NCBI GenBank assembly: GCA_029858255.1
Contig: JAOUFJ010000002.1
Span: 10,637-74,636 of the forward strand
Direction of reading: 5' to 3'
Source of the DNA: a candidate division WOR-3 bacterium
Lineage (GTDB): Bacteria > Hydrothermota > Tepidihabitantia > SM23-42
Length of the DNA stretch: 64,000 nucleotides
This document shows positions 48,895 through 56,627 of this stretch, piece by piece. A program made the translations under genes and the position numbers. The notes beneath the pieces are model-generated. The model was not told where the DNA came from. It saw nothing but the letters and a program-made list of their open reading frames with translations, and made no database searches. Position 1 is the stretch's first letter, and the number at the start of each line of letters is the position of its first letter.

Positions 48895-49134
48895 GTTAGA
48901 AATAGATATCTTGCTCGTCGTAGCAGGACTCACATCGCGATCTTCTCGTGAGGGTCGTGCAGAATGGATGTGCACATGAAAGTTCATTTCTTCTCTGACC
49001 ATTCACCGAATGTGAAGATGCTGCTCCGACCGGGGCTACTCATGCTCAGACACGAGCATTGGGCTCCATGAACCGCAGTGAGTCCGCGAGTCGTCATAGG
49101 GCATGTATTCGTAAGGCTATTTTTAAGGATGCAC

Positions 49135-49162
49135 TTGACAGACTAACATATTTGATTATATT
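49135..49162 (+). promoter_or_regulatory. sigma70-type promoter of the glmU-argS operon
   Basis: TTGACA-N16-TATATT. Confidence 0.75.
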
Positions 49163-49167
49163 TAGTT

Positions 49168-50121
49168 GTGGCGACCGCAAAAATGCCCATATTACAAGAG
49201 AAATTGAGCACAATCATCCTAGCTGCAGGTGTCGGCAAGCGCATGAAATCGAAAACTCCAAAAATACTACACCGGATATTGGGCAGACCCATAATTTCAT
49301 TCGTTTTAGAGCTGGCACGCGGCATCGGCAGCGCGCAGACTATCCTGGTTGTCAGTGACTGCTCCGGTGATTTCTTCGAATCGCTTGGCGGCAGTGTCTG
49401 CTATGCTATCCAAGAAGAGCCGCTCGGCACAGGTGACGCCGCGGCCAAAGGGCTCGAGAAGACGGAGCATGACAATGTACTCATACTGTGCGGTGATGTA
49501 CCCTTGCTCCAAAAGAGAACAATCCTCGATCTGATAGAATACCACAATAATCAAAATGCGTGTGTGACGGTTCTTACCTGTCAAATAAAAGATCCCTTCG
49601 GATATGGCAGGATAATCCGCGATCAGGATGGTCATGTTAAGGAAATCATCGAACAGACCGACGCCAACCCTGAACAGCAAAGGATCAATGAAATAAATGC
49701 CGGTGTCTACTACGGCAAGACGAAGCCGATCATGTCCGCCCTCAATGAAGTCACGACCGATAACAAGCAAGGAGAGTACTACCTGACCGATGCGATTCAT
49801 AGTATGGTAAAAACGGGGAAATCAGTATCCGGCTATATGATAGATCGCGAAGAGGAAATAACTGGCATAAACACACAGGAACAACTCGCGCGGGTCCGCG
49901 CACTGGTGAAGAGTAGATGGTTCGACCTTTTGATGAGACGCGGTGTTTGCATCGAAGACCCAGTGACAACGAACATCGACCTGTCCGTCAAGATCGGTGA
50001 CGGGGTTCAAATAAGGCCATACAGCTTGATCGAAGGCAACACAACGATCAGCGATGGTGATACCATCGGACCCTTTGTCTGGATAAAAGACGGCAAGGTG
50101 GTCTGCTCTACAAATGTATAG
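49168..50121 (+). CDS. glmU: GlmU-like uridylyltransferase with truncated acetyltransferase domain
   Basis: LAAGVGKRMKS, Q.EPLGTG, GYGRI, EINAG and EYYLTD motifs; only a few hexapeptide repeats; 317 aa. Confidence 0.85.
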   Translation: MATAKMPILQEKLSTIILAAGVGKRMKSKTPKILHRILGRPIISFVLELARGIGSAQTILVVSDCSGDFFESLGGSVCYAIQEEPLGTGDAAAKGLEKTEHDNVLILCGDVPLLQKRTILDLIEYHNNQNACVTVLTCQIKDPFGYGRIIRDQDGHVKEIIEQTDANPEQQRINEINAGVYYGKTKPIMSALNEVTTDNKQGEYYLTDAIHSMVKTGKSVSGYMIDREEEITGINTQEQLARVRALVKSRWFDLLMRRGVCIEDPVTTNIDLSVKIGDGVQIRPYSLIEGNTTISDGDTIGPFVWIKDGKVVCSTNV

Positions 50122-50136
50122 CATGAACACGTAGAT

Positions 50137-50559
50137 ATGAGTTCATCCGGCAAGGCTCTGCTCTACATACTCGTGATCACGCTCGCCGCATTTCTGATAT
50201 CGATAATATTCATGTATACCCGCGAAAACCCTGAGGCGATACGCAAGAAGAACAGTAGTATGCGCGTCGAAGTTCTTAACGGGTGCGGTGAGAACCGGTT
50301 AGCAATCAAGGTTGCCAACGTACTCAGAAGAAAGGGGTTCAATGTAGTCAAGATCGGTAATGCCACACAGTCTGATTTCGAGCAGACAGTTGTGATCGAA
50401 CGCAGCGTGGATGATTACAGCAACGCGAAATATTTTGCCAAACGGATAAAATGCAAATATATCGGTAAAGATATCGACCCTGCGCTACATCTGGATGTAA
50501 GCCTGATTCTCGGTCGTGATTATTCAGAGTATTTTGCCGACGTCTCTGAGAAATTTTAG
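50137..50559 (+). CDS. LytR C-terminal domain protein
   Basis: TM anchor; VEVLNGCG, GNA and LILGRDY motifs. Confidence 0.88.
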   Translation: MSSSGKALLYILVITLAAFLISIIFMYTRENPEAIRKKNSSMRVEVLNGCGENRLAIKVANVLRRKGFNVVKIGNATQSDFEQTVVIERSVDDYSNAKYFAKRIKCKYIGKDIDPALHLDVSLILGRDYSEYFADVSEKF

Positions 50560-50569
50560 GAGAAATCGA

Positions 50570-50908
50570 GTGAAAAGTGAAAGTGCGTCACTAGTCAAGA
50601 AACTTGCCAATATGATCGATCAGAAAAAGGGTGAGGACATCGTTGTTTTCGATTTGCGCGACCTCTCCCCTATCACTGATTACTTCGTCATTTCAACTGG
50701 GCTTTCCGATGTGCACGTCAAGACGATCGCCGAACACATCATGAAATCCGAATCACCCCAGCATGCAGAAGGACTGGAAGCAGCCTCGTGGGTACTCCTC
50801 GATTTCATAGACGTCATAGTCCACGTTTTTTCAAAGGACGCACGAGAGTTCTACGGGTTGGAGCGATTGTGGGGTGATGCACCGGTCGTGGAATACAAAA
50901 GTGATTAG
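50570..50908 (+). CDS. rsfS: ribosome silencing factor
   Basis: KKGEDI, DYFVI.TG, WVLLDF.DVIVH and REFYGLERLWGDA motifs. Confidence 0.95.
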   Translation: MKSESASLVKKLANMIDQKKGEDIVVFDLRDLSPITDYFVISTGLSDVHVKTIAEHIMKSESPQHAEGLEAASWVLLDFIDVIVHVFSKDAREFYGLERLWGDAPVVEYKSD

Positions 50909-52472
50909 GGAAGACCTCAGAAAAATACTCAAAGAAGAATTCCCCGGTGAGGAAATCATCATCGACTATGTTCCAAGAGGCAAAGATGGCGACTATTATA
51001 CAAATCTCGCGTTCAAGATCGCCTCGCGTGAAGGAGCAAACCCAATGGATGTTGCCAACAGCATCGCCAGCAAAATACAAAACCCTATCATAAAAGAAAT
51101 TACCGTCCATCATCCCGCATTTATCAACTTCACTCTCGACGAAAAATACCTGCATGAACAAATATCAAAGGACATGGAGCTCAATATCGGTGAAGGCAAA
51201 AAGGTTTTGGTTGAGTATGTAAGCGCGAATCCGACCGGACCCATAAACGTTGTGAGCGCGCGGGCAGCAGCCGTAGGTGATTCTCTTGTGAGAATGCTGA
51301 GAAAAACGGGTTTCCGCGCATATGCCGAGTATTATGTCAATGATGTGGGGAAACAGACCGATCTTCTTGCCGAAAGCGTCATTCAGCGCCGGATTGAACT
51401 CTCGGGCGGCGACGCCCACATACCGGATAATGGCTACCATGGTGAATACCTACGAAAAGTTGCAGAGGAAGTCATTGCCCGGGGTCTTGAAAGCTACGAA
51501 GATATCAAGAAGTATTGTATTGATTACTTTGTTAAGGATCACCAAAAGGTAATGCGTGATTTCGGAGTGGAATTCGACGTCTGGACACTCGAGTCTGATT
51601 TGTACAAGTCGGATTATATTGATAAAGCCTTAAAGGTTCTCAATGAAAAAAACCTGACTTACACGGAGGACGAGGCGCTATTCTTCAGAACAACGGCCTT
51701 TGGAGATGACAAGGATAGGGTAATCGTCACATCTGATCGACGTAACACCTACTTGCTGCCCGATATCGCCTATCACCTCAACAAGCTGGAGCGTAATTAT
51801 GATCAACTCATCAATATCTGGGGGCCTGATCATCATGGACGAATAAAGGGAATATTAGGCGGCATACAGGCACTCGGATTCAATCCTGGAATGCTTCGAA
51901 TTTTGATCGTCCAGGAGGTAAAAATAAAGGAGCATGGTAAATCGGTGACCATGTCAAAGCGTGCAGGGACTTTTGCCTCGCTCAGCGACCTGCTCCAGAA
52001 GATAACCAGAGATGTGGTCCGCTTTTTCTTCCTGATGCGATCGTCCTCGCAACACCTCGATTTCGATATCGACCTTGCCATGAAGCAATCGGATGAAAAT
52101 CCAGTTTACTACGTGCAGTATGCGCATGCGAGAATCCGAAGCATCGTCAGGTTCGCAGCGCAGAAGGGCATCGAGCTGCCGGACAGAGTGGAGGCATCTC
52201 TGTTGAAGGAGAACGAGGAATTTGAACTCATCAAAGATATATTGAAATACACAGAGGTCCTCAGTGATGCCGTTCGCAACCTGGAACCATACATGATTGC
52301 CTACTATCTGATCGAACTCGCCCGTGATTTTCATTCGTTTTACCAGAAACACCGTGTTGTGACCGATAACACAACACTCACCCAGGCGAGACTTTATCTC
52401 ATCAATAAAACAGCGCTGACAATAAAAGAGGGACTAGAACTACTCGGAGTATCATGCCCCGAGGAGATGTGA
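50901..52472 (+). CDS. argS: arginine--tRNA ligase
   Basis: GDYYTN, EYVSANPTGP, YYVND.G.Q, WGPDHHG, MSKRAG, YVQYAHAR and C-terminal PEEM. Confidence 0.95.
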   Translation: MIREDLRKILKEEFPGEEIIIDYVPRGKDGDYYTNLAFKIASREGANPMDVANSIASKIQNPIIKEITVHHPAFINFTLDEKYLHEQISKDMELNIGEGKKVLVEYVSANPTGPINVVSARAAAVGDSLVRMLRKTGFRAYAEYYVNDVGKQTDLLAESVIQRRIELSGGDAHIPDNGYHGEYLRKVAEEVIARGLESYEDIKKYCIDYFVKDHQKVMRDFGVEFDVWTLESDLYKSDYIDKALKVLNEKNLTYTEDEALFFRTTAFGDDKDRVIVTSDRRNTYLLPDIAYHLNKLERNYDQLINIWGPDHHGRIKGILGGIQALGFNPGMLRILIVQEVKIKEHGKSVTMSKRAGTFASLSDLLQKITRDVVRFFFLMRSSSQHLDFDIDLAMKQSDENPVYYVQYAHARIRSIVRFAAQKGIELPDRVEASLLKENEEFELIKDILKYTEVLSDAVRNLEPYMIAYYLIELARDFHSFYQKHRVVTDNTTLTQARLYLINKTALTIKEGLELLGVSCPEEM

Positions 52473-52571
52473 TGACCAGAGGGCTTAAAAAGACGAGAGA
52501 AGGCTTAGAAATGGCCATGGAGGCGACCGCTTACTGCCCTTTCGAGCCTACATCAATACAAAGGAGGTTTC

Positions 52572-53039
52572 ATGAACCTTGCAAGTTTGCTGTCAAAGGA
52601 TAGGGTCAACCTATCTCTAAAACCTGGAAAAAAAGATGACGTCATAAAGGATCTTGTATACACAATCAAAAAAGGAAATGATGCAGAGCTTATTGTTTCT
52701 ACACTCTTGAAAAGAGAAGAATTGGGTTCAACCGGCATTGGCAAAGGTATCGCCATACCTCATTGTCGTTCACTGGCTGTAGAAAAACTTGAAATCGCGA
52801 TCGGTCGAACAAATAAGCCCATCAATTTCAATTCCATCGATAAAAAACCGGTTTCTCTGGTATTCTTGATCATCGCTCCCCCCCAGGATCCCGGCAATCA
52901 GTACCTGATAACGCTCGGGAAGATCGTACAGATCGCAAAGGAGATAACTAAGAAGAACCTGATCCAAAAAGCAGAAACACCGGAGGAATTCATAACTTTG
53001 ATCAATGACGTCGAAAAGAATCTCACAAAAAGGAAATAG
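52572..53039 (+). CDS. PTS IIA-like (fructose/Ntr type) protein
   Basis: RE..GSTGIGKGIAIPH phospho-His motif; SD AAGGAGG. Confidence 0.92.
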   Translation: MNLASLLSKDRVNLSLKPGKKDDVIKDLVYTIKKGNDAELIVSTLLKREELGSTGIGKGIAIPHCRSLAVEKLEIAIGRTNKPINFNSIDKKPVSLVFLIIAPPQDPGNQYLITLGKIVQIAKEITKKNLIQKAETPEEFITLINDVEKNLTKRK

Positions 53040-53041
53040 AA

Positions 53042-53386
53042 ATGCCAGACATCATTGAAATGCATTTGAAACTGCTATTCGATCTGGACAATTTGATTGC
53101 TGACATGGAGGAACCTAGTTACAAGAAAATAGGTTTTCAGCTCGAGGAGGAGGCAAGTCTTGTATTGATCCAGAAGCGAAATGATTTACTCAAGAAACTG
53201 CCCAAAGAGATCGCGCAAGCCTACGAAATTCTAAAGAAAAGATATCACCAGGCAATCGCACCTGTGGAAAGTGAATTTTGTCTGGGATGCTTTCAAAAAC
53301 TGCCAACCCAGTTGTCAGCGCGTACTCAGGAGATCGTCACGTGCCCGAATTGCGGTAGAATATTGTACTGGCGAAAGAAAGAATGA
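53042..53386 (+). CDS. C4-type zinc-ribbon protein
   Basis: CLGC...CPNCGRILY motif. Confidence 0.88.
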   Translation: MPDIIEMHLKLLFDLDNLIADMEEPSYKKIGFQLEEEASLVLIQKRNDLLKKLPKEIAQAYEILKKRYHQAIAPVESEFCLGCFQKLPTQLSARTQEIVTCPNCGRILYWRKKE

Positions 53387-53507
53387 AGAGGCGATCTTTT
53401 TTGTCGCAGGGGTAACTCCTCGGGTCCAGATTCAATTGTCATTGTCGTAGTTTCATAATACGTGTAGTAACAGATATTTTTTCCTTTGTCTATAAGGTTA
53501 TCTTTAC

Positions 53508-54134
53508 TCAGTTGTTCGACGCAGGCGTATTTCCGTAGTCTCTGAGCACTATTGAGTTAGCGCCCGAAGAATCAGTGTACTTCACGAACCGGTGAGGATA
53601 ATCCTGCTCAATAAAAAAATAGAACTTACGGTTCATAAAAAATATCCGCGGCTTCATTTTGATTACCCAACACTCAAAAGTTCCTACCGGCGTTTGGACG
53701 ATCGTGTCACCCTCAACGTCAAGGTCAGCATTGACAATCATAAATTCTGGTATGTGCAGCCGAAAACGGTGTTGAACCCCGGGCTCATAAACGAAACCGC
53801 GCAGGGCAAAATCCAGTGTGTGGCGGTCATATACAGGTCTGCTGTCTTGATACCGGAATCGACGCCCCTTGAAGTGAACATCGAAACCGCCGTTTTTTGT
53901 AATGAGTAACTCCGTCTTGCCTTTGACGGTCTTTTTGGCGTATAGAGTACTGAGATCATGTGTGTCTAACCGGATTTCGATAACCCTGTCTGAAGTGTAT
54001 ACGATATTATAGCCAGTGCTATCAAGATTTGAAACTACATTGATGCTGCCGATCTTTCCGTTATCATTTGTTTCGTATATCATCGATTCATGTCCTGGAA
54101 GGATTTGGAGGAAAACAATGAGCGCTACAACCAA
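53508..54134 (-). CDS. hypothetical exported protein (DUF3108-like)
   Basis: Short hydrophobic N-terminus; TPVGTFECW motif; SD AAGGAG. Confidence 0.7.
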   Translation of the reverse strand: MVVALIVFLQILPGHESMIYETNDNGKIGSINVVSNLDSTGYNIVYTSDRVIEIRLDTHDLSTLYAKKTVKGKTELLITKNGGFDVHFKGRRFRYQDSRPVYDRHTLDFALRGFVYEPGVQHRFRLHIPEFMIVNADLDVEGDTIVQTPVGTFECWVIKMKPRIFFMNRKFYFFIEQDYPHRFVKYTDSSGANSIVLRDYGNTPASNN

Positions 54135-54212
54135 TGAAAATCAACTCCTTCTATGCTCAAAACCATTACTGACCTTACTACAATATAGCCATCTATGGTC
54201 ATATTCTACGTT

Positions 54213-54905
54213 CTACTTTGTACTCTCGCGCGATACTTGATCGACGATATCAAGGAGATGAATGATATCCTCGACCTCGTAGTCGGCGCCCGAGTTCTCC
54301 GTCCCGAACCTATCACCATAGCGTGCAAAGACTGTCCTCATTCTCAGTAATTTGGCTCCGTAGATATCACGCTCCGCCCAATCACCAACCATGATCGCCT
54401 GTTCAGGTTCAACCTGTAACTTTTGCAGAGCCAGTCTGAAAGGTTCAGGTGCGGGTTTCCTTTTGTTGGTGTCTTCGAAAGTGATGACGATGTCGAAGAT
54501 ATTATGGAGGTTCAATTGACACAACCTCAACCACGCTTGCAGGCGCGGTGCATCACTCAAGACTGCAAGTTTGATCCCCCGTTTCATCAGTTCCATCAGC
54601 ACTAATTGAACGTGTGGATAGAGCACAAGAGCAGCCTCACGTGCCCGACGATAACCAATTATCCCGGCAGCGTGGATCCGGTAATCAATCATACCGAGCT
54701 CACGGGTGAGGAATTTATCGAATACCCTCTGGTCTTCGATGCCTTCTTCTTCATAAATTTCATAAATTTTCGCTACCGCGTCTTTTTTGGACATCTTCAA
54801 TCCAGCATCGATCATTGCGAGCGCAGCACCTTCAATTGCCCTGTCCTTCATCACCATGAAGTCAACAAGCGTGTTATCGAGATCGAATATTATCGCCTTT
54901 ATCAA
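54213..54905 (-). CDS. HAD-IA family hydrolase
   Basis: FDLDNT, SD, KP.P and VGD...D motifs. Confidence 0.92.
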   Translation of the reverse strand: MIKAIIFDLDNTLVDFMVMKDRAIEGAALAMIDAGLKMSKKDAVAKIYEIYEEEGIEDQRVFDKFLTRELGMIDYRIHAAGIIGYRRAREAALVLYPHVQLVLMELMKRGIKLAVLSDAPRLQAWLRLCQLNLHNIFDIVITFEDTNKRKPAPEPFRLALQKLQVEPEQAIMVGDWAERDIYGAKLLRMRTVFARYGDRFGTENSGADYEVEDIIHLLDIVDQVSRESTK

Positions 54906-55912
54906 AGTCTCTCCCTGAACATTCCTGCGGCTTTCTCTGGTGCAATATGGTTTATGTAGAATCCTGTTCCAAGTTCAAAGCCAGTAGTACGATACATCCT
55001 CGGTGTGATCTCAATGTGCCAGTGATAGTCAGACTTGATCGTTGTCCAGTAGTTTGTCCTGGGCAAAAGGTTCGGGCTATCACATAGAATGAGATTGAAC
55101 GGAGGATCATTCAAAGCATCGTACATCGTCTTGCACACTTTTTTCAGCACCCGGGACAGATCCATGATTTCGTTCTCGTCGATAAGTTTGTACGTGAATG
55201 CATGACGTTTCGGTATGATCAGAATCTCGAACGGAAACCTCGAAGCGTATGGAGCGATTACGACAAAGTACTCGCTCTGGGATATAAGACGATCACCCAT
55301 TTCGATTTCCTGCTGGATTATGTCACAGAACAAACACCGTTCTTTGTAGCTGTAGTACTCCTGCGCTCCGCTTAACTTCTGTTTGACCCGGACCGGGGTT
55401 GCCGGCAAGGCGATCAAATCGGAATGAGTATGAACCATTGTCGAAGCTCCCGCGAGCGAACCGTGGTTCTTGAAAACAAGGATATACCGCATTCGTTTGT
55501 CTTTGTGTAAATCATCTATCCTTTGTCGGTAAGTATTCATGACAAGCGATATCTGCTCTTCGCCAAGCTCAAAGAAATTCGTCACGTGCTTGGGTGTCTC
55601 CACAATGACCTCGTTGGCTCCTATACCAGTCACCATGTCATATACCCCAACGCCGTGCTTCTCGAGTTCACCTTCGACGCGGAGTATAGGATTGATGTTA
55701 GGAATGACACGCAGCTGCCATCCAGGGCTATTTGGAGCGCCTTTTGCGCGTACCGCATATATCTCGTTCGGAGTGCGGGTTTCATTACCTTCACAAAACG
55801 GACAATCGCCAGACACCACTGAATCTCTCGGCGGCAACTCGGGGATTCGATCATTTTCCGTGTCGATTATGACCCACGTATCAGTGACGATATCTCTTCT
55901 GACCTCAGACAT
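54902..55912 (-). CDS. GalT-like nucleotidylyltransferase, paralog 2 (HxHxD variant)
   Basis: CPFCEGNE, GANEVIVE, HTHSD and ERCLFCD motifs. Confidence 0.88.
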   Translation of the reverse strand: MSEVRRDIVTDTWVIIDTENDRIPELPPRDSVVSGDCPFCEGNETRTPNEIYAVRAKGAPNSPGWQLRVIPNINPILRVEGELEKHGVGVYDMVTGIGANEVIVETPKHVTNFFELGEEQISLVMNTYRQRIDDLHKDKRMRYILVFKNHGSLAGASTMVHTHSDLIALPATPVRVKQKLSGAQEYYSYKERCLFCDIIQQEIEMGDRLISQSEYFVVIAPYASRFPFEILIIPKRHAFTYKLIDENEIMDLSRVLKKVCKTMYDALNDPPFNLILCDSPNLLPRTNYWTTIKSDYHWHIEITPRMYRTTGFELGTGFYINHIAPEKAAGMFRERL

Positions 55913-55985
55913 CTACTCCCTCCTTTTCAGTAACCTGCTGCAGAATATCGCATATGCTATACTTCAATCCAGTCACATATTAATA

Positions 55986-56621
55986 CTAACCAGATTTTGC
56001 CCAGTGTCCAGCTCTTCGGTGGGCGAATCTGAGCGGCTCAGGTATTCTGTACTCTGTCGTCGCCAGCACCATCCGACGACAATCGCGTAGATTCACAAGA
56101 TGACCCGGCGACACGAACAACGGTTTTACATTGCTGCGCGTCCTGATGACCAGTCCGATATTCCTACCATCTTTTTCCAAGTACTCGTACGAACCGCGTA
56201 CTCTGCCAGGCATACTGTAACTACCAAATAGATGCGACTTCGCGCAGCCAATCGTCGGCAAACCTAACACAACACCAGCATGTGATGCCAAGCCGAGTCC
56301 CCTTGGATGAGCGATCCCCTGACCATCGACCATGATCAGTTGCGGCTTGATCTTCAACCTATGGTATGCCATGACTATGACTGGAAGTTCGCGGTAGGAA
56401 AGAAAACCGGGCACGTAGGGCATCTTCTCACGCATGCTCGCATGTCTTTCTTCTTGCAGGTTGAGTTCTGGGAAAGAAAGGACACATATCGAACAATAGA
56501 GATACCCCCGTCTGCAGGCAACATCCGCGCCCGCGACTGATGCAATATTTTTCTTCAATGGGGTTATTCTTACCCGACCGGCGAGCTGAATCTGTTTCTG
56601 CGTCAGTAGGGCAATTCTCAA
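55986..56621 (-). CDS. nfi: endonuclease V
   Basis: GADV, PYVPGFLSYRE, VDGQGIAHPR, GCAKS and R.PEP motifs. Confidence 0.95.
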   Translation of the reverse strand: MRIALLTQKQIQLAGRVRITPLKKNIASVAGADVACRRGYLYCSICVLSFPELNLQEERHASMREKMPYVPGFLSYRELPVIVMAYHRLKIKPQLIMVDGQGIAHPRGLGLASHAGVVLGLPTIGCAKSHLFGSYSMPGRVRGSYEYLEKDGRNIGLVIRTRSNVKPLFVSPGHLVNLRDCRRMVLATTEYRIPEPLRFAHRRAGHWAKSG

Positions 56622-56627
56622 CGGGAC

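Noticed and set aside
52472..52603. Short ORF (MTRGLKK...) overlapping the argS stop
   Set aside because: No recognisable motif and it overlaps the PTS IIA start out of frame; the RNA hairpin explains the region better
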